A stretch of 64,000 bases of DNA. Source: Octopus vulgaris (Eukaryota). Shown piece after piece: positions 38,643 through 51,344 of the stretch. Made by a program: the position numbers and the translations under genes. The stretch's first letter is position 1; every line of letters begins with the position of its first letter. The DNA lies in NCBI GenBank assembly GCA_951406725.2, contig OX597831.1, positions 8,432,001 to 8,496,000 of the forward strand, in the 5' to 3' direction. A model generated the notes under the pieces. It saw only the letters and a list, made by a program, of their open reading frames with translations, was not told the DNA's origin and searched no databases.

Positions 38643-38740
38643 ATCTCAGTGTATTTCTACATTATCTGAAGCATCAGTAAAATACCCAGAAATCATACAA
38701 CAGAATGTTCTGCCAGCCTTGTTTCAAATCTTAAAGAATG
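38643..38740 (+). CDS. MMS19: MMS19 exon (RSQCISTLSEASVKYPEIIQQNVLPALFQILKN)
   Basis: tggcag / gttagt, in frame. Confidence 0.88.
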
Positions 38741-39662
38741 GTTAGTAGTATTCTTTACTTGTAGATTGAGTTTTGTGATTTGATGCTTTTCGGGGGGAAA
38801 GAAAGTAGGGTGGGATGAGGTCGTGTGATTGAGTTACAGGAGGAAGGGGCAGTGCCCATATCGTTTTTGCTGGGCTTTCAAGAGAAAGGAAGGAAGAAAC
38901 TGGCAAGCCATGTTTGAATGCTGAGGGTCCCCAAGGATTTAGTCTACTACCCAACAATAACAAATTGCTTGACCTGCTAGTATTTACAGTCAAATACCTC
39001 TCAAATCATACCCTACTAAATCATAGGTACAGACATGGCTTTGTGGTTAAGAAACACATTTTGCAATCTCAAGGTTTCGTGTTCAGTCTCAGTACAGTAC
39101 TTTGGGTGTCTTCTATTATAGCCATGGGCTGACCACCAATGCCTTGTGAGTAAATTTGGTTGCTGGAAACTGTGTGCAAGCTCGTGTATGTGTGTGTGTG
39201 TATATATATATATGGCTGTTGCCAGCCTCCCCTGGCACCTGTGCCAGTGGCACATAAAAAGCACCATCCGTACGTGGTCGATGCCAGTGCCACCATGACT
39301 GGCTTCGGTGCCGGTGGCACGTAAAAAGCACCAACCGATCGTGGCCACTGCCAGCCTACCCAGGCACCTGTGCTGGTGGCATGTAGAAAGCACCCACTAC
39401 ACTCACAGAGTGGTTGGCGTTAGGAAGGGCATCCAGCTGTAGAAACGCTGCCAGATCAGACTGGTGCCTGGTGCAGCCTCCTGGCTTCCCAGACCCTGGT
39501 CGAACCGTCCAACCCATGCTAGCATGGAAAGTGGAAGCTAAACGATGATGATATGTAAAGAGATCGGTTGTGGTGCTTTGCTTTTGGTATTTTCTTCATC
39601 TCTCAGATTTTTTGTTTTTGTTTTCCTTTAGTTATCTACATTTCTGTTAGTTTGATTTTCAG

Positions 39663-39806
39663 GAACCAGAGACAACATATCGAACCAAAGCCATCAAATA
39701 AACATAAACAGTGCCCTAGAAGTATTTTCTTCAATTTGTATGCAACCTTCAGTCACAAAAGCTGTCTTACCAGAAATCTGGATTTGGTTAGAGAATTTAG
39801 TTAAAG
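39663..39806 (+). CDS. MMS19: MMS19 exon (GTRDNISNQ...QPSVTKAVLPEIWIWLENLVK)
   Basis: tttcag / gtaatg, in frame. Confidence 0.87.
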
Positions 39807-39851
39807 GTAATGGAATCCACTTTAATACCTTTAATAGTGTAATTTGCATTA

Positions 39852-40079
39852 TTAACCCTTTCGTTACTGTATTTATTTTGAGATGCTCTGTGTTTCTATC
39901 AATTACTTTAAATATAACAAAGAATTTAGTAAAATAACTTAGTTATCATTCAGCTAGTGTTAGGAACATAAATTGTGACTAAGATTTGGTGGAAGATTTT
40001 AATTCAAAACTTATGATAACAAGACATTTATACTCAGAGCTAGAGCCGGTTTCAGCGGGGTTGGTAACAAAAGGGTTAA
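39852..40079. mobile_element. piggyBac-type MITE family P2
   Basis: TTAA-CCCTTTCGTTAC...GTAACAAAAGGG-TTAA. Confidence 0.85.
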
Positions 40080-40117
40080 TCACCTTCACACACAGGTATT
40101 TCACAATAGTGCTGACT

Positions 40118-40716
40118 TTAACCCTTTCATTATCATATCTCTGTTGAAACACGTGGCTTTTGTTTCGGTTAATTTTGAAAATAATGGAGACTTTAGGAAA
40201 ATGTAAAAAGCTCTATCTGAACGTGATTCATGCCAGGGCCACCTGACTGGCTCCTGTGCCAGTGGCACATAAAAAGCACTATCCAAACGTGATCGATGCC
40301 AGGCCCCGCCTGACTGGCTCCTGTACCGGTGGCACGTAAAAAGGACTATCTGAACATGATCAATGCCAGGGCCACGTGACTGGCTCCTGTGCCAGTGGCG
40401 TGTAAAAAGCACCCACTACACTCTTGGAGTGGTTGGCATTAGGAAGGGCATCCAGATGCAGAAACATTGCCAGATTAGATTGGAGCCTGGTGCAGCTGCA
40501 CTCTCCAGACCTCAGTCAAACCATCCAACCCATGCCAGCATGGAAAACGGACGTTGAACAATGATGATGATGATGAACTTTGTCGTAATTAAGCTGGTGT
40601 TTGGAACATAATGTGAACTTTTAATGGGAGGTTTTAATTAAGATCACTATAAAACAAAGAATTTGTCTAATAGAACCATAGGCAGTTTCAGGGTGGGTTG
40701 GTAGCAGAAAGGTTAA
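40118..40716. mobile_element. Older P2-like MITE interrupted by a (GAT)n-tailed element (about 40203-40575)
   Basis: TTAACCCTTTC left end, GAAAGGTTAA right end; P2-like body resumes after the GAT tail. Confidence 0.7.
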
Positions 40717-40925
40717 TTATCTGATAATGAGGCATAGTTGATTTATGTTTCTTTTGATTTTCTGTGACTCTTGACTGGGTGAATTGGTGATGCAAGATGC
40801 TTGGTTAGAGAGTAGAGACATAAAACATTGAAAGAAACTAAGGGGCAAGGAGTGGGGTTTTTGCTGCCCTTTTTTTACAGGCTTTGTTGAAATACCATCT
40901 AAAGAAACCTCTGTTGTGTTTGTAG

Positions 40926-41178
40926 GCGATCCCAATAGAACGTCTAATGTCAGTAAATTATTTCACGAAGGAATGGAATCGTTACTCAAAATTACAATCA
41001 TCAACTGCTCTGACCACCCGTTCATGTGTCCGGAGTATTTTTATTCATGGTTGCTGCCTCGATTGTTAAAGTTAAACATTTGTCATCTTGTCGAAAGCGA
41101 AGTCTCGTCCACCACAAACTCAATCACAGACTGCACAAGCTCCATCTTGAGGGAAATTTCAACAAGGCTGGACAAAAG
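40926..41178 (+). CDS. MMS19: MMS19 exon (GDPNRTSNVSKLF...ILREISTRLDK)
   Basis: ttgtag / gtaaaa, 253 nt open. Confidence 0.87.
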
Positions 41179-42771
41179 GTAAAAGTTTTATTTTCCATTT
41201 TTATTAAAATTTCTCAGAAAGTCTGATCTTTGCTTCCGCGAAGTTGTGTTCCTCGGCATATGTCATACACGTAACCCCCCTTTGGTTATAATGTTGACAT
41301 TTTAATGGATATCATTATGATGCCATCAGGAAAAAATATTGGTGAAACACGTTTTTATTCATGAAAATTATAGAAATAAAAAAATTTTTTTATTTAATTG
41401 TCATCTTTATTATCGCCACCACTGCCACCGTCGCTGCTGCTGCTGCTATTACTACTACCACTACTACTACTACTACAATCGCTATTTTCCATGTTCTTTC
41501 ATGGGTTGGGCAGGTTGTTTCATTGTCTGAATCAGGACTAATTTGGAGTTACTGCTTTTCTAAATTGGTTGGCCACCACAAGATCCAGTCTATGTTTTAT
41601 GATGTGGTGGCTTGCATATCTTACTGACCCTGAAGGCTTTGCCAGCAGAGCATGGAGCCCTCCCATGCTAGACACATCAAAGGTAAAAGGCCAGGCTAAT
41701 GTGGACCACTCCTTCCTAGAGTTAAAAATGGGGTTGTGTAGGGTGGAAACACTGCCGTTGAGAAAAGCCAGGGAAGCATATGATGCAGTGTAACAAAATC
41801 TGAAAAGAAGCTGCATGGGACATTGGCGGGGGTTCAACTGGAGAGAAGCAGAAAAGACTGTCCAGAGTTGAAAGCAGTGGAGAAAGGTTATCAATGGCTT
41901 CTGCATGTTGGGAAGTGAAGGGCTTAAGTAAAGTAAGTAGACAAGTTGGGGATCAGCTCTCATTTGTATATTACAATTTTGTATGGTTTCTATAGCTGGG
42001 TGCCTCACTTATTGTTAACCACTTTACAAAAATTTCTGGGTGTATTTTATTGTGCCATCAGCACTAGAGAGGTCTTGTCTCCTATAGAATTTTTAAAAAG
42101 TCCTCTCAGCTCTATATTTTCTTCATTTGTCTGTTCACTGGCCCCAGAGAATTTGTCTTGCTTTAACAAGACTAAGAAATGTTCCCTATACTTCCCTGAA
42201 TGTGATTGATGCCAGGGCCACCTGACTGGCTCCTGTGCCATTGGACCCTTGTCTGCATGGGTACATTAGCCACAAAATGTAGAAGAAGGGTTCATGATAA
42301 ATATTTGTTCTGTGAAATCTGGAGGGATTAAGGTACAGCTGAACCCTTTAAGGATTTGTATCCTGAACATAAAGGGATAAAGATTAATAATATCACAAGT
42401 AAGTTCAGATGGGGCTGTGGTCAAGAAACTTGCTTCCCAATCATGTAGTCTTGGGTTCAAGTTGCACTGTGCAACACTCGAATCATTTTATGGTTGTAAA
42501 TGAGCATCAGTGTCATACAAGCAGGGTTGTTCATTTTCAGTCTTCTATGAAAAGCATGTCTGGACAAATGGAAATATTACCTTGCTTGGAAACAAGAGAG
42601 GGTTGTCATCTGGCTGAATAAAAATCTGCCATAACAAATTCTGTTTGATCCCTGCAAGTATGGAAAAGTTCATGTTAGATGGTGATAAATAATGATGTAT
42701 TTAAACCAATGTTTTAACCAGTTCTGCTTATTCAACTATTTTTAATTATTTACGGTGTGTTTTTCTTATAG

Positions 42772-42877
42772 GAAAGGAGAAGAATTATCAGAACAAATGA
42801 TACGGCTTTTCCTTCACGAAGACCTTAGTGTATTTGACATTTCTGCTTCTTTGAACATGAAATTTTGTCCATTAAAG
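42772..42877 (+). CDS. MMS19: MMS19 exon (RKGEELSEQMIRLFLHEDLSVF...KFCPLK)
   Basis: cttatag / gtatag, in frame. Confidence 0.87.
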
Positions 42878-42965
42878 GTATAGTAAACCTTTTGTTGTTG
42901 TTTAAACCTAAGATTAGCATAATCAGGCTGACCTATGATCTGAGGCTTTTGATATGTTTGTGTTT

Positions 42966-43171
42966 TTAACCCTTTCGTTACCAACCCGGCTGAAACCGGC
43001 TCTGGCTCTGAGTCTTGTTTTCATAAGTTTTGAATTAAAATCTTCCACAAAACCTTAGTCACAATTTATCTAGCTGAATGATAACTAAGTTATTTTACTA
43101 AATTCTTTGTTATATTTAAAGTAATTGAAAGAAACACAGAGCATCTCAAAATACAGTAACGAAAGGGTTAA
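42966..43171. mobile_element. piggyBac-type MITE family P2 (inverted copy of 39852-40079)
   Basis: TTAA-CCCTTTCGTTAC...GTAACGAAAGGG-TTAA; high reverse-complement identity to the 39852 copy. Confidence 0.85.
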
Positions 43172-43429
43172 GGTAAAAGGGTGTGATTTGATGAAGATAT
43201 GGCTGTTATTTCTGCTGGGTTGAGTGCTTGCATTGAGACTTCCCATTGTTTTTGTTGCTTATATTGTAAGATGGAAAGTAAAGGGTTAAATACATTTACA
43301 TTAATGTTCATAAATGAAGCATACATCAAGTTACTTGATGGTGCAACATGACAGCAAGTTTAGTAAAACTATTCGAATAAGTACATTGTTGGCCATGTAC
43401 TGACAGTGTCAACAGTGTACTTCTAATAC

Positions 43430-43730
43430 TTACACTGTCAGCAATGTGAATACATTCAGTAGTGTAAGGACACTTCAACAGTGTAAGTACACTGGCAGCA
43501 GTGTAAGAGTACTGCCAGTATTGTAAGTACACTGTCAACACTGCCAGCAACTTAAGTACATTGTCAACAATGTATGTACACTGCCAGCAGTGTAATTACA
43601 CTGTCAGCAGAAAAAGTACATTGGGAATAGTGTAACTACACTGCCAACAATGTGAGTACACTGTTAGTAGCATAGGTACATAGCTAGCTGTGTAAGTACA
43701 CTGTCAACCATGCAAGTACTTTGCCAAAGT
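43430..43730. repeat. Degenerate 20-bp minisatellite (approx. CAGTGTAAGTACACTGTCAA), roughly 15 units
   Basis: GTACACTG-like motif recurs at a 20-bp period. Confidence 0.75.
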
Positions 43731-45347
43731 GCTTTGCTGCCAACAACTAAGTTTTGATATTTGTAAAAATGATCAAATGTTTACAGAAAAGCAGAATATT
43801 CTGTTCAGAATATGGAGCAGTGGAAAGTGGTAATTATGTTAACGAGTGTCTTATAAATTGTAATTTTCTCTTTCTTCTTTTTTTAACTTTGCCGATTCTC
43901 AATTCTGCTCGAATGAGTTTCTGTTGATTCTGTTTGCACTTGCTTATTTGATCCATATTCTAGTTTCCATCCATCCATCCATTTTCACAGCCCACAATCC
44001 CAAGGAGGGACATGGGGATAGTCCTCAGGCACCTCCTCCTCCTCCACAGGGTCCACTCAGAAGCAACCATCATTAAGCTTTCTTGCTTGATTCCCAAATA
44101 TGACCAACTGAGACTATAGATATTAGCCAACCATCTTGCTTCTGGTCTGTCCTTAGGTCTCCTGCTCAGGTTGGCTCAGCTTGAAGAATTAGTCTTGCAG
44201 TCCTCTCCTGTAGCATTCTGCCCCCATGTCTGTACTATCAGAGATATGGCCTCTCCAGTTATGTTTATCCTATTTCTAATGTGAGGACTGCTTCCTTAGA
44301 ATCAAGGATTTAAAATGTCTGGTCTCCCTATGAATTTGTTGAGGTATGTTTGTCCCATATTGACACATCAAGCAAAGTGATTCACATTGGAGTAGCCATG
44401 TGTCTCCTCTAGAACAAGACTTTCTACTTTAATCTCTCAACTAGTACAAATCTACACCCTCTCAATACTAATCCCATTCCCTGTTGAGGGATCTTTGTCT
44501 TGCAAGTTGTTTGGTGACCCTGTTGGTGCTGGTGCCACTAAAAAGCACTCAATACACTCTGTAAAGTGGTTGGTGTTAGGAAGGGCATATTGCTGTACAA
44601 ACCATGCCAAAGCAGACCGTCGAGCTTGGCGCAGTCCCTAGACTTACCAGCTCCTGCCAAACTGTCCAACCCATGCCAGCATGTAAAACAGATGTTAAAT
44701 GATGATGCGGGATCGTATTTCTGGGTTGGCTCATCCATGTAACACACAAGGGTTAGTCAGTTTAGTTACCTACATCATGCCTGGTAATTTAACATTGGGA
44801 ACTGACTGATAATATTTGCAATTAATTCATTTAGATGCTTTGTATTAAAATAAAATTTAAAAGTAGAATATCAGGAATTAAAAATTGCAAAAGTAGTGTT
44901 GGTTTGTCTCTAGACAGCCTTGATAAAGCAGACCTGTGAGTAAAGATAGTCCAGTCATGCCCATCCTTTCTGTTTGAATATCTAGGACTGCATTGTCCAA
45001 TGTGTCATTCATGTTTTGTAAAACACTCAAGTGTAGTTTTGTGGGAATTTAGTTACTATTTCTAGCTGGTCAGGTGACATTTTGCTCCTTAATTGACTTG
45101 TAAATTGGTTAGCAGAACTTATCAGGTGTTTTACTATCTCTCTTTTTTTTTTGTTGCTATATTTATCCTGAAATAGATTGATGTTCCATTTAATTTAGAA
45201 AATAATGAAGAATTTAATGAAATGGCAGTCATTAATATTATTAGGCTGATGTTGGAGACATAAAATCGACATTTTGTTTCTAGATTACAGAAACTCATCT
45301 TATTTCTATTTTCGAACTTTATTGATTATATTTTTCATGTGTTTCAG

Positions 45348-45416
45348 CCAACGTCTGTCAAACAAACACGACTGATAGGATTTTTAATGGCTGTCATATG
45401 CAGTCTTCTTCCTGAG
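45348..45416 (+). CDS. MMS19: MMS19 exon (PTSVKQTRLIGFLMAVICSLLPE)
   Basis: gtttcag / gtaagt; QxRLIxxLMAxxCSL motif. Confidence 0.92.
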
Positions 45417-46541
45417 GTAAGTGGCATCTAGTTTTTTTTTTACACTCTATCAAACCATTTTTCTTTTATTGTAGTGGAATTTTTACTCACCCCTCTAATG
45501 AAGTTTGGCAACAGAGGCAGCAGTATTTTTATTGTTTTAATAAAAAAAAAAGTTGATTAGCCACTCATCAACTTTTTTTTAGTAAAATTCTATTTCTTCA
45601 GAGTTTTTGTTTCAGACATTCTTTAATGATAAAACAAACGATTGTAATATTTACAGGTGTAGACATGGCTATGTGGTGAAGAGGTTTGCTTCCCAGCCAC
45701 ATGGTTTTGTGTTCAGTCCCACCGCGTGGTGACACATTGAGCAAGCCCTCGCCTGACCAAAACCTTGTGGTTGGATTTGGCCAGGTTTCTTTCCATGGAA
45801 GACCAGAAAGAAAAGGCAGTGTTTATGTGACTGACACTCACTTATATCTGTTACGTGATGTGCCTGGCTCTCCATTGGTTGGTTGCGACAATGAGGGTTC
45901 CAGTTGATCTGATCAGCAGGATCAACCTGCTCGTGAAAATTAATTAATTCTATGGTGCCTTGCAAGTGGAATTGGTTGATTGAGAGTTTGTGGGAGCTTG
46001 GCATGTGTGTATGTGTATATCTTTTTGCAATGTATATTGGTGAGAGACATTGATATTGGTGTGGAAGCTGATTAACTTCAGACAAAATCCCATGTGATAT
46101 TTACTTCACCCAGGTTGCGCAGACAATCCCATGTCAGGCTCACCATTGTCAATGCAGTGTATACATATGACGAGGCTCTTGTTTACAGCTATCATGTGAA
46201 ACCCAGCCAAGGAGACCCAAGTATTTCCACATGCACATCTATACATAGGGAGGAATTTCAGTTTCTGCCTATCAAGTCTACTCATGAAGCTTTGGTCAGC
46301 TTGAGGCTGGACAAGAAGAAACCTACTCAGTGTGCTGTGCACTGGGGGTTGAACCATGTGGCTGGCATTTAAGTGGAAAATTTGAAGTCACTGTTACAAT
46401 ATGTGAGTGTGAGAGAGAGAGGGAGAATGTGTGTGTGTGTGCGAATGGAAAGGGTCTTGCTGTTTTTTTTTTTTGTTTGTTTGTTTTAAAACCCTCCCAA
46501 AATGTATCTGATGTGACTAATTTGATTTGTTTCCTTTTCAG

Positions 46542-46668
46542 GTTTCCATTGATGACTTGGAACATTTGCTCGAGCAGCTTGCTGACCTTGCATTACAAAG
46601 CAAAGATCAAATAACACGAACAGCAGCGGCCAAGTGTTTTGCCGGCCTTATCAACAAACACGGACAGG
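46542..46668 (+). CDS. MMS19: MMS19 exon (VSIDDLEHLL...TAAAKCFAGLINKHGQ)
   Basis: ttttcag / gtaaat; TAAAKCFAGLxNKH signature. Confidence 0.96.
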
Positions 46669-46785
46669 GTAAATGTTTCCCCTCATGTAATATGATGGAA
46701 CTTCAGAAACTGGAAACACAATCATATGCTATGTCTTCCCCCACCGTCTCTACCATCTGTAACTGCTTCCCAGCTGCTCCTTATG

Positions 46786-46900
46786 CAGGGTGTCCACAAA
46801 GTCTGGGTACATGGGGATTAACACATATTTTAAGAAATTATTTAATTCTTTATGTCATGATTTTATTTACTCCATGTACCCAGACTTTGTGGACACCCTG
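46786..46900. mobile_element. Tc1/mariner-type MITE, 115 bp, perfect 29-bp TIRs
   Basis: CAGGGTGTCCACAAAGTCTGGGTACATGG ... CCATGTACCCAGACTTTGTGGACACCCTG followed by TA. Confidence 0.85.
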
Positions 46901-47572
46901 TATAATGTTGGATTGCCATGCATCTCCTCTGCAGCAAGACACTTGTGCTTGTCCCCTTATCATGCTTTAGCCTCTCACCACCCAGCCTAATGCCCCTTCT
47001 CCTTAAAAACACCCTTCTTGCAGTTTGTTGAGAGGGCTGTTTTCCTTTTTCTGTCTTGAAAGTTATTTGGTGACCTTACCAGTGCTGGCATCCTGTAAAA
47101 AAAAAAAAATACCCAGGACATTCTGTAAAACGGTTGGCATTAGCATCCACCCATAGAAACCACCTCAAAGCTGACACTGGAGCTTGATGCAGCTCTGTAG
47201 CTCACTGGATCCTACCAAACTGTCCAACCCATGCCAGCATGGAAAAGAGACGTTAAATGATGATGATTAGTAGAATAACAATGAGGTATTAGGTGAATGA
47301 ATCTAGTTCTAGAAACCCTCAGATTAGCCAATAATGTTGATGTCTTATAGTGTTTGTCTTTTTCTAACCTATTTCAACCTAACTCTGAAGTATATTATAG
47401 TTTGTAACACACTCCATCTGTAAAGGGGTTTTTTCCAGACAAAAAATTGCAGCTTCTGGCATTTCAACTACGCACATTCATTAAAGATGTTATATTGATA
47501 GGATTTGTACTACAGAGCTGCTTCCATTGCAGAATTCATATTTTTTCCCTACCTTTTTCCTCTCTCTCTTTC

Positions 47573-47607
<35 letters not shown>

Positions 47608-48014
47608 TATTGGCGTGGGCTGTGAGTGTCTCACTACATTGTACCACCAGCTGTGACCCTTTGTCTTGAGCCGACCCCAACACCACCACTACCACACTCA
47701 CTTGTGGCTGTCATTGGTGCACATTCACACACACACACACACACGTGCACGCACTGGCTAACTCTGTTGCGTGTGTCTTTGAGTTTCTGTCTATTGAATT
47801 CACTCATAAGGCTTTGGTTGACCCGGGGCTAGAGGAGAAAACCGGTCGTGTGATTGGGCAGCAAACCCCTTGACACACACCCACTCCTTCGCCTAAAATC
47901 ACAAATAAAAATAGAGTTCCTTCAGGTGAGCGTCCAGTCCTTTGTTATGTTTCCACCTGAAAAAAAAAAGGGTTTAAATGCTGAAAAATATGTTTCTTTT
48001 TCTTTCTGTTCCAG

Positions 48015-48187
48015 CTTCTCCTGGCAAGGAATGTTTAGATCATTTACAAGAGCAACTTAAAGATAAATTAATGAATAAGAATAACTCTTCAGGTGATCTT
48101 CGAGCGAAAGCTTTACATTTGTGGCTCTGGATTACCAAAGCTCTCCTTATCTCTGCTCATTCTGAAGCCAACAACTTTGTTGGACTG
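48015..48187 (+). CDS. MMS19: MMS19 exon (ASPGKECLDHL...LWLWITKALLISAH...VGL)
   Basis: ttccag / gtaagc; WxTKAL motif. Confidence 0.93.
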
Positions 48188-48596
48188 GTAAGCTTACGTT
48201 TTATTTCTTTATCTGTCACATTGATTTTTTTTACAGCATCCATCCTAAATGATGGTTATGTTACTATACATATTTATGAGTCAAGAAATCTCTAGTGAGA
48301 CTTTTTATTGATGTACCTGAAGAGACCCAGAGTGGGCCGAAACATCTTGTATGCAATAAAGTCTATTACACATTCCATCTCCTATTTTATTAATACCGTT
48401 ACCCCAACTGCCACTATGAAGTTCCTGCACTAAATCTACGGATAACAACAGGGAATTGGAACTGTGTGGATGTTTTACTCACCATCTATTCATACATATT
48501 GTACAATTTCTCCATTATATATATATATATATATATATATATTTCGTTTTTGGATTTGGTTTGCAAGATTCTTTGTATTAGTGCATGTGTTGAAGC

Positions 48597-48830
48597 ATAT
48601 TCTGTTGTGTCTGGGGAGAGTCATTTTCTTTTTATGCTTTATAATTTAACACACTCACTGGTAAAATTTCCGCTTATTTCTTATTTTTATTTTCCTAAAC
48701 TTTTCGTTGCATCTTCCAATGAAAATTTCGGAAAATAAAAATAAGTAATAAGTGGAAATTTTACCGGTAAGTGTGTTACATTATAAGGCACAAAAAAAAA
48801 AAATGACTCTCCCCAGATACAACAGAATAT
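48597..48830. repeat. Long fold-back inverted repeat (about 113-bp arms, about 7-nt loop)
   Basis: ATATTCTGTTGTGTCTGGGGAGAGTCATTTT... / ...AAAATGACTCTCCCCAGATACAACAGAATAT. Confidence 0.9.
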
Positions 48831-50045
48831 ATATATATATATAGGTGTTCATGATAAACAAACAACACAGCAATTCTCTAAGAGTATGGAAATGCATTTA
48901 GCCATTTACTGCTTCAAAACAACTTTCAAATTATGTCCAGGCTGACAGCTCTAAGCAGTGATGAGTGTAAATACAAACTTATAGCATATTTGAATTGGTT
49001 AACGAGTTTGTATTTACAGACATCACTGCTTAGTACTGTCAGCCTGCATTTTATTAACGGTGAACCACTGAGTGGCGCCACAACCAGTCACCGAATGGTA
49101 ATAGAAATATGATAAAACAGACCTGTCTCTCATGTCAGTTTGCAGTGCCTACCTTTCAAGTCTCTGTTGCTGAAGAGGAGATAACCACTCTGAAAAGCAG
49201 GCATTCAATAATCTGTTTGTGGGGTGCTGTGAACTGACTTGGTGTTTTTACACCTGTCTGTCTTCAGTAAGAAATTTTCTCCATCACAAAATCCATTGAC
49301 TGGCTTTCTTACAGGCTCAAGTATGTAACGAGCATATCTGAACTTGTGACATGTTTGTATTTCAGATTAAAATGACAATTTGGGTATGTATAAAGAGAAA
49401 GAGTGAGAGAGGGAGCATAGGCCATTGGTGACTCTATTGATGATGTTTCTCCATTGTCCTCAACTGTCTTTACTCTTCCTCTGCTTCAGTATCTTCATTA
49501 TCATCATCATCATCATCATTTATCTTACCAGGTATTTATTAGGGCGTCCTCTCTTCAATCTCCCTGTCGGTTCCTGGTCAAGGCTTGATATGTAATCCAG
49601 GATATTGGTTTCCTTAATGTATGACCTATCCATTCCCACTTACATTCCAGTATTTGCTCTTCCACTGGCACCTACCCCTCCCCTCCTGCCACAGCTGTTT
49701 GCAATTGAGGCATACAAGCTGCTGCAGCAAGGGCTGCACCTTGTGGTTGAAATTATGTCAGAGCTATTAATCAGACTGACACACCAACATCTCCACCTCT
49801 TTTCAGTATCAACTTTGGTTTCCTTTTGCAATTGTCCCCTTCTGTAAGGGGACACTCAGCATCAGGAAATAGTGTGTCAAAGACAAAATTAACTTATGGG
49901 AGGTTCAACTTTGCATAGAAGACTGAGGGTGATTTTTTTTTCTCTTTAGTTTATGTTTTTTAACCTTTTTGAATACCAGTACTTCTTGTATAGCATCAAA
50001 TCTGGTCTGTTTCCTGATCTGTTCCTATTTTACTTCTAACTTTAG

Positions 50046-50232
50046 GTATTTAATCTATTGAGTGATGAAGAGCTGGGAGAAGCGGCAGCAGAAGGAATGT
50101 TTCTCATTCTCTCTGAATATAAAGATGTTTTAAGCCAACCCCAACATGCAAAGATCCGTATTATGTACAAGCAGAGGCTTTTTATTGAAAATGTACAGCA
50201 TCTGTCAAAATCATTCCATGAAGTAAAATCCG
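50046..50232 (+). CDS. MMS19: MMS19 exon (VFNLLSDEELGEAAAEGM...HAKIRIMYKQRLF...EVKS)
   Basis: ttttag / gtaagt; MMS19 C-terminal domain motifs. Confidence 0.95.
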
Positions 50233-50847
50233 GTAAGTATCTCTATTTCTCTGCAAGGATTTTCCAAATAATTAGGGCTTCTTTGGAGATGAAGCTTAGT
50301 TCCATAAATTCTTCAGCCTCTTTGGCTCATTGCTAGACCCTCACTCTTCAGGCAGGGATCCATTATCATTGATTTAATGTCTGCAAAAACATATTTGGCC
50401 ATGAGGAAATATTAACCTTGTTTGGAAACGATCGTTACCAGCTTCGCCTTACTGGCACTTGTCCCTCGTGCTAGTAGGGTGCTAAGAGCACCATCTGAGC
50501 GTGATCGTTGCCAGAGTGGCTAACTGGCTTCCGTGCCGGTGGCATGTAGGAGGCACCATTCGTGCGGGATCGTTACCAGCATCGCCTTACTGGCACCTGT
50601 GCCGTTGGTAGGTATAAAAAAAAATTCGAGCGAGGTTGTTGCCAGTACCGCCTGACTGGCCTCATGCCAGTGGCACGTAAAAGCACCCACTACACTCTCG
50701 GAGTGGTTGGCGTTAGGAAGGACATCCAGCTGTAGAAACTCTGCCAGATCAAGACTGGAGCCTGGTGCAGCCATGTGGTTCATCAGCCCACAGTCAAACC
50801 GTCCAACCCATGCTAGCATGGAAAGCAGACGTTAAACGATGATGAGA

Positions 50848-51065
50848 AAACAATACAGCTCCCATGACTTTCGGAAACATTTTTTCACGCTCAGAGTTGC
50901 TGAAGCATGGAATAAACTGCCTGCGTCAGTTGTTGACTGCCATGACACTGCATCTTTTAAGGCCCTCATGCTTTCCGAAATCCGCCGAAACTACACCTGA
51001 TTATATATACACTTTAGATGAGTTGTAGTGCACCTGAGCACTGTACACAATTATTATTATTATTA
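50848..51065 (+). mobile_element. CR1/L2-clade LINE 3' end
   Basis: Encodes RKHFFTLRVAEAWNKLPASVV...SFK (typical C-terminus of CR1-clade ORF2) and ends in (ATT)n. Confidence 0.78.
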
Positions 51066-51261
51066 TGATGGAAGCATGTAAAAGTTGGCTACAAGAAAGG
51101 CATCCGGCCATAGAAAATCTTCCTCGGTGATTTTCACCTGACCCATGCCAGCTTAGAAAAGTAAACGATGATGATTAGGACTATAAACATAATGGATTGT
51201 AACTTGTGTGAACTGACAAAGTCACTAAATGTATTTTTTTTACTCTTTTTCCATATTTCAG

Positions 51262-51344
51262 AGTTAAAGAAGAATTACCTGATAGCCGTGTCACATTTAT
51301 TAACGTTTCTGCCACATCAAGTTCTTGTCTCAAAACTCCCACCT
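51262..51344 (+). CDS. MMS19: MMS19 exon (ELKKNYLIAVSHLLTFLPHQVLVSKLPP)
   Basis: tttcag / gtaagt; NYLxxxSHxL motif. Confidence 0.93.
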
